Shown: piece by piece, positions 14,080 to 27,534 of the stretch
How the letters are laid out: every line of letters starts with the position of its first letter
How positions within the stretch are numbered: the first letter of the stretch is position 1
From: Neocallimastix sp. 'constans'
Taxonomy: Eukaryota
Direction of reading: 5' to 3'
Length of the DNA: 64,000 bases
Assembly (NCBI GenBank): GCA_050613775.1
Contig: JBODTK010000145.1
Coordinates: forward strand, 1-64,000
Notes under the pieces: model-generated
What the model saw: only the letters and a program-made list of their open reading frames with translations
Told to the model about the DNA's origin: nothing
Database searches by the model: none
Program-made: the position numbers and the translations under genes

Positions 14080-16029
14080 TTATATTTCAGCTGAAATTCT
14101 ATTATTCTTTTTACTTTTAATATAGACTTTCATATTCTCCATAAGACTGAGTCGTCTGGCCCCATTCTTCTTCAAAAGTTCAATCAATTCCTTATTATTA
14201 CTACGGGTGGCAATGGATAATGGGGTTCGACCACTATTATCCATTTCGTTGACATTGGCACCACGCTCAATCATATAGCTAATAATTTCCATATTTCCAT
14301 TTTCAGTAGCAAAAAGTAAAGGCGTCCTTCCATTTTCATCTTTATCGTTGATAATAGCTCCTCGATCAATTAATGCCTTAGCAATCTGTAAATATCCCTT
14401 TTGGGCAGCAAGCATTAGCGCCGTATCTCCTTTATTATTTTTTTCATTAATATTGATATCCTTCTCCAGCAGATATTTCACGACGTTCAGGTGACCATTT
14501 TTTGCTGAATAGTGAAGAGCAGTTTGTCCCTTACTGGTTTTGAAGGTCATATTGGCTCCCTTTTCGATTAAATAGCTGACTAATGGAGTATTTCCTTTAG
14601 AGGCTGCTGTAATTAATGGCGTAACTTGATTTTCAGTGCGTTCATTAACATCAGCATGTTCAATTTCGATGAGCTCCTTCACCCGATCAATATTACCTTT
14701 GATAATTTCAAAGGTTAGAGGTGACTGCTTACTCGTATTTTCATTTTTATCGTAGGCATTGGAAGCAATTTTGAAGAGATAGTAACCAATTTCATTATTA
14801 CCTTTATGTAAAGCAATCATCGCCGCCGTTAAACCATCCTTGCGTTTATGATTAATATAGGCACGACGTTCCACCAACAGCTTCACAATATCCATATAAC
14901 CTAAAGCTGAGGCTATCATTAAGGGGGTTTCATCATTTTCACTCTCCTTCACATCAACATCCACCCCTTGTTCTAAGAGGTATTTAACTAATTCTAAATT
15001 TCCATGACGGGTTAAGAGATGAAGTGGGGTTTCATTCTTATAATTTTTATCATTGATATTAGCGCCATTATCAATTAAAAATTTAGCGACATCATAATGC
15101 TTATTATTAATACTTGTTAAAAGAGGTGACATCAATTCATTATCCTTGATATTCACATCATCCCCCTTTTCTACTAAATATTTCACGATTTCAAAGAATC
15201 CAGAAGAAGAAGCTATTTCTAAGGGACTTTTGCCTTCTCTATTAGTCACTTTCATACTGGCTTTATGTTCAATTAAGCATTTTACAATTTTTAAATGATT
15301 ATTTTCAACCGCATAAATTAATGCCGTCTTCCCATCATCATCCTTTTCATCAATATTGATCTCATATTTAAGTAGGAATTTAAGAATTTCTAATTTACGA
15401 TTCATGGCGGCGATAATGATCGGGGTGGCATTCGTATCCATCATTTTTTGAGAAAGATCAATGCCCTTTTTTATGAGATAGGCCACTGTATCCAGATCTC
15501 CATTGATAATAGGATAGGTTAGTACTGTACAATTTTCATTATCACGTTCATTAATATTTCCACCATTTTCCAAAAGGTATCTTAAAATTTCCGTATTTTT
15601 TATTTTAGAAGCAAGCGTTAACAGTGTACTATCCGAATTAATATCAATGTAATCCATGGTAGCCCCATTTTCTATTAAAAATTTCACTACCTCTAAATGC
15701 TCATTCGTAATAGCATAGATTAATGCTGTTCGATCATAGAAACTTTTTTCATTGATATCAGCTCCATTTTCAAACAGATATTTAACTATATCTAAATTAC
15801 CAAATTCTGCTGCTCTTATTAAAGCGGTCTTATTATCCTCATCCCTCACATTAATAATAGATTTATTTTTTTCATAAAGAAACATGATTCGATCTAAATT
15901 TCCCTTCTTTGCTGCCTGTAAAAACTCATTTTTATTTATATTTTCTTCATCTTGATCATTTTTATTATAATATCCTAGTAAAACATTAATCATATTTAAA
16001 CTTTCCTCTGAAGATGATGATGACTCCAT
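14080..16029 (-). CDS. Ankyrin-repeat protein (649 aa, canonical 33-aa repeats, intronless)
   Basis: Many G-x-T-A/P-L-x-x-A..G..-x-V-K-Y-L-x-E-x-G-A-x-I-N repeats in an uninterrupted ORF. Confidence 0.92.
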   Translation of the reverse strand: MESSSSSEESLNMINVLLGYYNKNDQDEENINKNEFLQAAKKGNLDRIMFLYEKNKSIINVRDEDNKTALIRAAEFGNLDIVKYLFENGADINEKSFYDRTALIYAITNEHLEVVKFLIENGATMDYIDINSDSTLLTLASKIKNTEILRYLLENGGNINERDNENCTVLTYPIINGDLDTVAYLIKKGIDLSQKMMDTNATPIIIAAMNRKLEILKFLLKYEINIDEKDDDGKTALIYAVENNHLKIVKCLIEHKASMKVTNREGKSPLEIASSSGFFEIVKYLVEKGDDVNIKDNELMSPLLTSINNKHYDVAKFLIDNGANINDKNYKNETPLHLLTRHGNLELVKYLLEQGVDVDVKESENDETPLMIASALGYMDIVKLLVERRAYINHKRKDGLTAAMIALHKGNNEIGYYLFKIASNAYDKNENTSKQSPLTFEIIKGNIDRVKELIEIEHADVNERTENQVTPLITAASKGNTPLVSYLIEKGANMTFKTSKGQTALHYSAKNGHLNVVKYLLEKDININEKNNKGDTALMLAAQKGYLQIAKALIDRGAIINDKDENGRTPLLFATENGNMEIISYMIERGANVNEMDNSGRTPLSIATRSNNKELIELLKKNGARRLSLMENMKVYIKSKKNNRISAEI

Positions 16030-16363
16030 TTTTTTATCTTTATTATATTAAAAATTTATATTATTAAAGATATTTATTTGATTTAATAATATATACTTTT
16101 TTATTTTAAGATGTTATTATTATTGCTTCTTTTGTAAAGTAATTTATTAATATAAATATGTATATAAAATATAAAAAGGTTGATATATATAAAGTATCGC
16201 TTCACAATAAATAAATGAATAGTTTTATTTAATTTATTATATTATACATTTTTTTTTTTTTTTATCTAAATTTACTCTATTGTATTGTAATTTTTCTTTC
16301 ATATAATTATAATATATCTTAATGTATTTTTTTATATGAATGATTATTTAAAACAAAATACTA

Positions 16364-16409
<46 letters not shown>

Positions 16410-16715
16410 GTAATAATAATAAAAACTAAATATATAATTATATAATATATATATATGGAGAGAGATAGATAGGATAAAGAAATAAAAATCTTAAATTATA
16501 AATAAATTAATACCTTTATTATCTTGTGATAATAAAAAATTTTATTTTATTCATAAATTTTTATTTATAAAATTTTATTTTTATATATTTTGATATTATT
16601 AATATTTTTATATTAATATTTTTATCTCCAATGTTTATCTTCCCTTGGTCTTTTTTTTTCTTTTTTATAAAGTTAAAAACTTTAATGAATAAAAAAAAAA
16701 AAGGAAAAATTATCC

Positions 16716-16789
<74 letters not shown>

Positions 16790-17057
16790 ATAATATGTTT
16801 AACACATTATTTGGTTATTAGTCCTATAGGATAAGAATCAATTCCAAATGAAAAAGTGAATTATAAATAATACACTTGAAGTTTATATATATATATATAT
16901 TTATTTAAAAGTAATAAATTAAAATAATAATTTATTTTATTATAATATTGTAATAATAATAGTAATAATAATAATAAAAATAATAATAATTATAATTAAT
17001 AGTAATAATAATTGAATTTATAGATATATTTTTTTTTAATTGAAATGATTTATTGAA

Positions 17058-17092
<35 letters not shown>

Positions 17093-18571
17093 TTTTTCTA
17101 TAATACCATAATTTATTAAATGAAAGAATTTAGGATATATATGACCCTAAATTTATACATAGAGAAAGTTTTTTTCCTTATTCATAATGAATAATATTTT
17201 TCTTTTTATTATTTTATTAGCAATAATATTTATTAGTTAAAAAGCAAATTTATAATAGATAATTGATTTAATATAATTTTTATTCTTATTCTTATTACTT
17301 ATTATATTTTTATAATAATTTTAAAAAGAATTAATTTTTTTTCTTTTTTGAGAAAAAACTTTTTAGTAATGGATGAATATTTATATACTATTATTTTTAT
17401 TTATTTATATTTCATTATATTTAATCAAAGAAAAATCATGAAATAAATAAAAATTTTTTAAATCAAGAAAATTTAATAGGAAAGTAATTTTTAATGAACA
17501 TTAATAATTTGTTAAATAATATGTAGAATTTAATACCAAAATAATATTGGTGAAGATTATATATATATATATATATATATGAAATGAACATTTTAGATAT
17601 TAAGATATATATATATTATAATTTAAACATTGTTAAAATTTAAAGGTGGGATAAAAAACGGAATTTTCATATAGAATTAATTTATATTAACGAATAAATA
17701 ATTTTTGTCTTCAAGGTTTTAAAAGCATAAAAATTGCTTGAAATAATTTTAATGAACATCTTTCACGTGAATTGTGTATAGTTCTTATTACATAATTATA
17801 ATTACTTATACAAAGTGTATAGTCCTAAAAGTAGATTATATTTTAATATAATATATTAAAATATGTAGTAATTAAATGTTTATATTTTAATAAAAAAAAA
17901 AAAAAAAAAAAAAGAATTAAATAAATTATAAACTAAAATTCTAATAGAATATTTGAATCTTTTGAATAATTTAGTGTATCATGTAATCTTTTTATGTATG
18001 ATATAAAAGATATTGAGATAATATACATTTTGAAATTATTGTATTTTTTTTTTTTTTTTTTTTTTTTCAAATAAAAAAGATATTTAATTAAATAAAATTA
18101 ATTTAATTAAATTTATTTAATTAATTTTTATTAGTTAGTTTCATGAAATTAGTACTTCTAAAGAGACTTTAAACACAAAAATAAAAAAAAAAAAAAAAAA
18201 AAATTAAAAGAAACAATAAATATAAATATAAATAATATTCAAACTTATAATATATACTATCTAAAATAAATATTATAAACTAAAGATAATAAATAAATAA
18301 TTGATACTGATAAAGTTTAAAAGTATAAAAGAAAAATAAATAATAGTTAATATTATTATTTATTAGTATATTCATGATTAATTATTAGCAAAATATTGTT
18401 TGAAAAAAAAGTCTTGGATAAAAAAAAAAAAAAAAAGGAAAGTTATATAATAATAAGCAATTATTTAATAATATTAATATTAGATTTTGTTTATTGTTTA
18501 TTAATAGAAATTTAGAAAAATATTATAAGAAAAAAAAAATTCTATAATATTAAATAAAGTTATTAATTTTT

Positions 18572-19048
18572 ATGAGTGTGAATAACAGAAAAGCAATGGA
18601 GATAATATATAAAAAGCTTACAAAAAAGGAACTGGATACTTTCATTCAAATGAGAATCCGTCAACTGCGTGAAGAAGGTGCCAAAGAAGATATTGACCTT
18701 GTTCCAGCACTTAAAGATTATTATACAAGACATATGGCAGATGGCACATTCGTTTCCTGGCTTGCGATGGATGGAGAAGAAATAATTGGAACAAGTGGGA
18801 TGTCATTTGTTGAGAAACCACCATACTTTGGATGTCCTAGTGGGAAAATAGGATTACTTTCTAGTATGTTTACGAATCCTAATTATAGACGCAGAGGAAT
18901 TGCTAAAGAACTTCTTACAAGAGTTGTAGCAGAAGCAAAGGAGTACGGATGTGGTACAGTACAAATCACAGCATCTGATATGGGTGTCCTTTTGTATACG
19001 AATTTTGGATTTGTGAAGAACGGAAATTTTATGCAATATAAATTATGA
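18572..19048 (+). CDS. GNAT-family N-acetyltransferase, bacterial type
   Basis: Acetyl-CoA-binding motif A (MFTNPNYRRRGIAKELL) and motif B (ITASDMGVLLYTNFGF). No introns. An alternative ATG at 18596 (MEIIY) gives a 150-aa protein. Confidence 0.9.
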   Translation: MSVNNRKAMEIIYKKLTKKELDTFIQMRIRQLREEGAKEDIDLVPALKDYYTRHMADGTFVSWLAMDGEEIIGTSGMSFVEKPPYFGCPSGKIGLLSSMFTNPNYRRRGIAKELLTRVVAEAKEYGCGTVQITASDMGVLLYTNFGFVKNGNFMQYKL

Positions 19049-20439
19049 AATAAAAAAAAAAAAAAGAAAAAAAGAAAAACAAATCCTATATGCAATAATA
19101 TGAGAACAATACGACATAAAAATTTTTATTAAAATATTATATTTTTATATTAATATATCATGAATAAATAATAATAACAACTATAACAACATTAGAAAAT
19201 ACAAAAATTGTAAATAACAGTTATAAGTTTGAAAAATGGAGTTTTATATATATATGAAGCATTATTCAAATATGAAAAAAAAAAAAAAAAAAAAAAGATC
19301 TCATAGATATAAATATATGAGTATATTAAATAATCATTTTTTTTTTAACATAAATAATATTAAATAGTTTAAGTAAATAATAACATTAGTAAATAATAAC
19401 ATTATATTTCTAAAAATAATTAATATTATATTTATTAATTGCAAATAAGCCATTAATATATCAATTATTTTAAAGCTAATGATATATTATTATTATTATT
19501 ATATATGAATTAAATCAATTTTTATATTAGGTAATAAGTATTAAACAATCAAGAATAATTAATAATAATAGGAATAAAAATCTGTGTTCTTATGTATTAA
19601 AACAAACAAAAAAAAAAAATTAATGGAAATCCATAAAAAATATAATGATTGAAATATATTAGTAATATATTTAAAAAAAAAAAAAAAAGATATATATCTA
19701 TTCTTTTTTTTTTTTTTTTTCTTTTTTGCAAGATATATATTGTAATAAATATAAATGATGTAATAGTTAACAATAATAAGGAAAAAATAAATAAATAAAT
19801 AAATAAATAAATAAGTAAATAAATAAGAAAGTGAATAAATAAATAATAAATAATTAATAAATAAAATACTATATAATAAGTAATAAATAATTAATAAATA
19901 ATTATTAATTAAAATTAATGAATTGTATATTATAATCTATAAATGATGTATAATTAATATTAAGAAATAAATTATACTATATATATATATATATATATAA
20001 AACAATTTATATTGATATATTATTATTAAGAATAACTTTCTTAGGGTAAATCATTACAACAAAAAAAAAAAAAAAAAGAAAAGTGGAGGATTCAGTTAAA
20101 AGTTTTTCATAATAATAATATTATAATTAACACGTGAATAATGTTTAATAAAAGGGTTCATGCATTAATTTTATGCTGGTTTAGTTAACTTTTACTTTCC
20201 AATTCAATTCTTATAATTTTTTATTTTTCTACTTTTTTTTTTTTTTATTTTTTTTTTATTTTTACTTTTATATATTAATAATTTCTTTTTATCATTTATA
20301 TAATAATAATATTATTAATATATAATATTATTAATTGGATTTACATATTCATTAATTGGTTTTTAAAGCATTATATTAAATAATGAAATAGGAAATATTT
20401 AAGTAATCTTAAAAAGTTATATATTAAATATTAATAACT

Positions 20440-20625
20440 TTAATTAATAATAATAAACAATAAATAATAAATAATAAATAATAAATAATAAATAATAAAT
20501 AATAAATAATAAATAATAAATAATTGAATAATCAATAATAAATAATAAATAATAAATAATAAATAATAAATAATAAATAATAAATAATAGTAATACATAA
20601 TAGTAATAATAATATATGATAAATA
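20440..20625. repeat. 7-bp minisatellite (AATAAAT)n
   Basis: Read directly. Includes AATCAAT, AATTGAAT and AATAAAC variants. Confidence 0.8.
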
Positions 20626-20659
20626 ATAAATAATAAATAATAATAATGAATAATAATGA

Positions 20660-20712
<53 letters not shown>

Positions 20713-21489
20713 ATTTATGATGTAATTTTACACTATCATCATATGATAATAAATGTTTATCAAGTGATTAAAGATAATTATTTAAAATATTTATCATCCA
20801 CACTTTAAATAAAAAGTTTTATATTAAAAGGTTATTTATATAATATATATAATCAATAAATAAAAAGTTTTATATTAAAAGATTATTTATATAATATATA
20901 TAATCAACAAGAGTTAATGCTTATTTATAAAAATATCACTATTATTGATATATAAATAAATATTATTATTACTATGATGATGATGATGACGAAGATAAAA
21001 TTAGAGCAATATGCCTATTTATATTAAATAAATATATATATATATAAAAGAAAAAAGAAAAAATAAATAAAATATTATTTTTATTATATATATTTAATAT
21101 TTTGGTAAAAATGATATGATTAATGGATGGTAATAATTTCTTTCTTTTTTTTTTTTTTTCTGTAGAAAAAAAACGTTCTTTTTAATAATATGAAATAAAT
21201 TAAAATAATAAAATCAATTAAAAAATAATTTATTGAAGTTCTCGTTTAATCATCGATAATTAATGATAATTAATTAATGGATATTACTATTCGTAATCAA
21301 TTGAATATTAAAATTAAATACATTGAAACCAAAAAAAAGATACATTTTGCTACAAGAGATACATTAAAAAGAAATGTTACTCAAAAAATACTCAAAAAAT
21401 AAAAATAAATATAGATAATTTTAATTACATCATATATCAACAATAGTAAATAATTGAATAATAATAAATATTAATTTATAAACAATTAA

Positions 21490-21745
21490 ATAATTGAATA
21501 ATAAATAATAAATAATAAATAATAAATAATAAATAATCAATAATCAATAATAAATAATCAATAATCAATAATCAATAATAAATAATAAATAATCAATAAT
21601 CAATATTAAATAATAAATAATAAATAATCAATAATCAATAATAAATAATAAATAATAAATAATTGAATAATAAATAATAAACAATAAATAATAAATAGTA
21701 AATAATAAATAATAAATAATAAATAGTAAATAATAAATAATAAAT
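21490..21745. repeat. 7-bp minisatellite (AATAAAT/AATCAAT)n
   Basis: Read directly. Same unit and variants as 20440..20625. Confidence 0.8.
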
Positions 21746-24325
21746 ATTTTAATTCTTAAGATATGAATAATTATAAATTTTAATGTTGAAGGATAATAGC
21801 ATAAATATATAGAATTTTCATATTTTTATATTCATTAATAAAAAAAACTTTTCAAGAAGAATAGTTTCAATAAATTATTTTAAAATTCGATTATTATTAA
21901 TCGAAAACCGAATTGATAATATATATAGATATTTAAAACTAATCTGTTTTAAATCTATAATAATATTTAGAAGAAATATTTTTATTTTATATTTTTATTT
22001 TATATTTTTAAAATTATGAATAAAAAGTGTTAAAATAATTTTTAAAATTTTAAAAAATACCATATAAAAGTTTAATTATAATAGAAATAAAAAAAAAGCA
22101 AAATAATTTAAAATATAAATATAAAAATAAAAATAAAAAAAAAGTCTAAAATAAATTTGTATTGAGAGAGAAAAAAAAATGGATAATATATGTTAATTAT
22201 TAATATGAGAATAATAAAGTATAATAATAGAATTGATTTTAAAAAAATAGAAAATAAGATCGTAATTATAGTAAGAAAATAATCATCACTTTTTTTTTTT
22301 TTTATTGAAATATCCATATAATACTGTTTATTTATAAAGATTATATTTTATAATATTGAAATAAAACTTTTTGAAGCATGTAATACATTTTCAATTCATA
22401 AGAAATAAAGTTAAAAAATTTTATTATAAAATATAATTATAGTTTTCAAACGTATTTTATAAATTACTTTTAGGATAATTTATATCAAAAAAAAAAATAA
22501 AAATAAAAATAAAAATAAAAGAGTAGTTATTAACATAGCTATAAAACTCTAATTAATATCTAAAATAATATATAATTATATATGTAATAATCAAATAGTA
22601 TTATTATTTTATATTTTTATAATTCCTCTCTTTTCATAATAAATTGAATTATTATATATAAAAATAAAATAAAATAAAATAAAATAGAAAATAAACTATA
22701 AATTATATATAAACAGATGGATAAGATTATAAATATCATGAATTATTTATAGAATAATGTATTATTAGTATTTTAACACAAATATTATAATATTATGTAA
22801 AAAAGTTTACTTAAATTTTTTTTTTTTTAAAAAAAAAGAAAGATTATTTATAATTTATTTTTATATTTATTTTATAATTATTTATAATTTTTATTTATTT
22901 ATTTTATAATTATTTATATTTATATTTATATTTATATTTATATTTATATTTATATTTATATTTATATTTATATTTATATTTAATATTTATATTTATATTT
23001 ATATTTATATTTATATTTATATTTATATTTATTTATAATTTAGAGATTCATTAAAATTGTATAATAATTTTACTTTTTAATCATTATAATCATATATAAA
23101 ATTAATATTAATTCAATTTATTTTATTTGTTTTATCATATTATTAATAATTATTATTATTATTATTATTTTTAATTTTTTATATGAAAAATAATTATTAG
23201 TAAAAAAAAAAAAAAATTTAAAAATTAATTCTATTTTTTTTTTTATTAAAAAAAAAAAAAAAATAAATAAATAATAAAAATAAAAAAAAATATAGATAGA
23301 ATTATAGATAAATGAATGTTTAAATTTTGAATTAATTTAAAAATAATCGATAAACATATATATAATATTATAAAAAACAACTATTAAAATAAAGACTTTT
23401 GTTAAAAGTATTTATTTTAACATTATTTATAAAAAAAAATAACTAATATTTTTAATTTAAAACATATTTTATACTATTTCTTTTTTTTTTGTTTTTTTGT
23501 TTTTTATTTAAATATTTGTTATTCTTAAAAAATATAGATAGTATTTTATTAAATATTATAAAAAATAATATAATCTATATTATATACCAATAAAACCTTT
23601 ATAGCTATTAAATAGTAATAATAAAAACAAAACAAAAAAAAAATATATAATCCATAGAGAAAATTTTATACACTTCTTTTTTTATCTTATCATATAAAGT
23701 AATATAAAAATTATAGTTTTATTAATTATTGTACTATCATAAATAAAATATAAATTAAAAGAAAAAGAATACCAATATATTTATATATATTAATAGAAAA
23801 GAATGAGAAGAAAATATATATATTTATGGATAAGAAAAGTTATATAGTATTGAATAAATATAAAATAATTAAAATATTTTTTAAAAAAAAAAATAGTTGA
23901 TAGAAAGGATAATTTTATTTATTTATTTTTTATTTAAACATAAAATAAATTGAAAAATATATCAGCGAAATATTTGCACTAAATATCAAAAAAAAAAAAA
24001 AAAAAAATATTCAATAAAAATATTATCTTTATAATAATAATAAAACAATATTATTATATATATATATAAACTTTATATATTGAACGTTATACATATATAT
24101 ATTATAAATAAACGAAATAATAAATTATTAAGGGATATTTTTTATGAAAATAAAATTAATATAAGAATATTTTTTTTCGTATATTTATTCCTTTATTTTT
24201 TTTTTTAAATTTTCTTTATTTATAAATAATTCAATTTATTAAATAATATATTTTTATTATTTATTATACTATATTAAAATAAAAAATAAAATAAAATAAA
24301 ATAATAATAGATAAAATAATTCAAG

Positions 24326-26251
24326 ATGGGTGATATCGCAGAAAGAACAGCAGCAGCTCGTAAAGAAGCTGAAATGTTAAAGGAAAAAATTAAGGCCAAA
24401 AAGGATTCTTTAAATGATACTACCTGTAAGCATATTATTCTAATAAAAAAAAAATGATAACCTATGATAATAAATAATAGAATTCTTTAATAATAAATAA
24501 ATAAATAAATAAAAAAAAAGAAGTTTATAATGAATTAATTTAATAATATAACAAAAAGATATTTAATAATAATAAAATTATAAAAAGGAAAAATTATAAA
24601 AGTTCATAAAATAAAAAAAAAAAAAAAAAAATACTAAATGTTATTTATTTTATTCTTATTTTTATTACATATATAATGTTTATATTATTATATTATATAA
24701 AAAATATCAAAATATAATAAACAATTCCATTATTGTTTTGGAAAATATATTATAAAATACATTTTTGATATATAACATAAAACTAATTCAAAATATTTAA
24801 ATAATATCAAATAAATAAATGTTAAATATATCTGGGAAAATATTTATATATATGAAAAATACAAAAATTAACCAAATGAATAAATAAATAATAATAATAA
24901 TAAATTAAAAATAACTATAAACTCTTAAAATAAAAATATATGGAAAATGTTACAATGATAATAATAACAATATCAATAATAATAATAATAATATATAATT
25001 TTATTATATATTATTATAATATTAAAAACAAAATTAAATAAAATAGTAAGAGCTGTTGCTCAAGACGTAGAACAATTACCACGTCTTGCTATGAAGGTAA
25101 GAAGAACTTTAAAAGGTCACCTTGCAAAGATTTATGCTATGCATTGGGCTTCTGATAAAAGACATTTAGTTAGTGCTTCTCAAGATGGTAAATTAATTGT
25201 TTGGGATGGTTATACTACTAATAAGGTACACGCTATTCCATTACGTTCATCATGGGTTATGACCTGTGCCTATGCTCCTTCTGGTAATTTTGTTGCCTGT
25301 GGTGGTTTAGATAATATTTGTTCTATTTATAATTTAAAGACAAAGGAAGGTTCTGTTAAAGTTGCAAGAGAACTTAGTGCACACACAGGTTATTTATCTT
25401 GTTGTAGATTCCTTGGTGATCGTCAAATCTTAACTAGTTCTGGTGATATGTCTTGTATGCTTTGGGATATCGATGCTGGTATGAAAACTTTAGAATTTAC
25501 AGATCATACTGGTGATGTTATGAGTCTTTCACTTTCTCCAGATAAGAATATCTTTGTTTCTGGTGCTTGTGATGCTACTGCAAAAGTATGGGATATTAGA
25601 ACTGGTCGTTGTGTACAAACCTTCACTGGTCATGAATCAGATATTAATGCTGTTCAGTAAGTTTTAATTCCTATAAATATAAAAAATTATATATATATGT
25701 ATATAGATAGATTGAGGAAATATATATATAAATATCTAAAAGAAAAAAAAAAGAAAAAAAATTTAATTATTTTTATTATTTATATAATACTAATAATAAT
25801 AATTTATTTATTTATTTATTTATTTTACTATATATTAAATAATTTTTTTTTTATATTAAATAATTAAAGATTCTTCCCTAATGGTGATGCTGTTGGTACA
25901 GGTTCTGATGATGCTTCCTGTAGATTATTCGATTTAAGAGCTGATCGTGAAATGAATCAATATACTCATGATAATATTCTTTGTGGTATTACTTCTGTTG
26001 CATTCTCTATTTCCGGTAGATTATTATTTGCTGGTTATGATGATTTCAACTGTAATGTTTGGGATACTTTAAAGGGTGAACGTGTTGGTGTACTAGCTGG
26101 TCATGAAAACAGAGTTAGTTGCCTTGGTGTTTCATCTGATGGTATGGCTCTTTGTACCGGTAGTTGGGATAGTATGCTTAAGGTAAGGAAGAAAAAAAAA
26201 TAAAAAAAAAATAAAAAAAATATAAGATAAAAAAGAAAAAAAAGAGAAAAA

Positions 26252-26285
<34 letters not shown>

Positions 26286-26508
26286 TAAAAAATGATTTTA
26301 TTAATATTTAAAATACATTAAATCACTAATTCATTTATAATATATTTAAAATACATTAAATCACTAATTCATTTATAATATATTTAAAATACATTAAATC
26401 ACTAATTCATTTATAATATATTTAAAATACATTAAATCACTAATCTATTTATTTGTAATTTATTTTATTTTTATTTTTTAAATTAATAAAAATTAGATCT
26501 GGGCATAG
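24326..26508 (+). CDS. gpb1: Heterotrimeric G-protein beta subunit (WD40), 344 aa; exons 24326-24425, 25047-25656, 25870-26182, 26497-26508
   Basis: N-terminal coiled coil [22 protein letters not shown], then [43 protein letters not shown], ending [15 protein letters not shown] introns have consistent phases and the spliced length is 1035 nt. Confidence 0.97.
26304..26445 (+). repeat. 38-bp tandem repeat (~3.7 copies) in G-beta intron 3
   Basis: CACTAAT occurs at 26324, 26362, 26400 and 26438 (period 38). Confidence 0.9.
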
Positions 26509-26782
26509 ATTCGATTCTTCATCGTTCAATGAAAATATTTATCAAACCTATTATTTAATTTTTTTTTTTTCTAGAAAAAAAAAATCAAAAGAAAACTAAT
26601 TCAATTAATTATTATCATATAAAAAAATTATTAGAAAAAAAAAAAAAAGTTAAAACCCAAACAAAATTCCAAAGCAAAAATCAGAAATAAAAAAATTTTT
26701 TTTTTCTTTTATAAAAAAAAAAGTATAAAACATATATATAAAAAAGAAAAAAAACTTTTTTTTTCTTAATCTTTTTACGCTG

Positions 26783-26831
<49 letters not shown>

Positions 26832-27126
26832 GGAAAAAGAAAAAATCTTAAAGAGGAATGAAAAAAAAAGTATTTTTTTCTTTTTTTTTTTTTTTTTTTA
26901 ATATATATATAAACCCCATCTAATTTTAATTTTTTTTTCATTAATAAATTAATTATTTATTTTATTTATAAATATATTTTAAATTATATATATATTATAT
27001 AAATATTTATCCAAAAAAAAGAGAAAAAATTTTTTTTTTTTTTTTTTTTTTTTTATCTTTTAATTTTTTTTTTTTTTCTATTTTATATATTATTAAATTT
27101 TTTCATTTTTCCCTTTCCTTTCCTTT

Positions 27127-27166
<40 letters not shown>

Positions 27167-27415
27167 ATTATTATTATTTTTTATAATTGTTATTATTATT
27201 TTTTAAGTAATATCATAAAAAAGAATAAAAAAAAAAAAAATTTTTTTTAAATAAAATAAAAAATAAGTTAAAATTTACTATTTTTTTTTATCCTTAATAA
27301 TTTTATAAATAAAAAATTTTTTATAATAAAGTTATATATATATATAGAAATTTTATTTTATTTTTTTTCTTTTTTAATTTTTATTTTAGTTTTGAATTTT
27401 TAATATTTTTAATTG

Positions 27416-27456
<41 letters not shown>

Positions 27457-27534
27457 ATATAAATAAAAAATTAAATAAATTAATAAATAAATAAATAAAT
27501 AAAAAATAATAAAATAATAAATAAAATAAATAAT

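Noticed and set aside
17400..17830. Possible decayed coding or transposon sequence upstream of the GNAT gene
   Set aside because: No translatable motif could be recognised on either strand.
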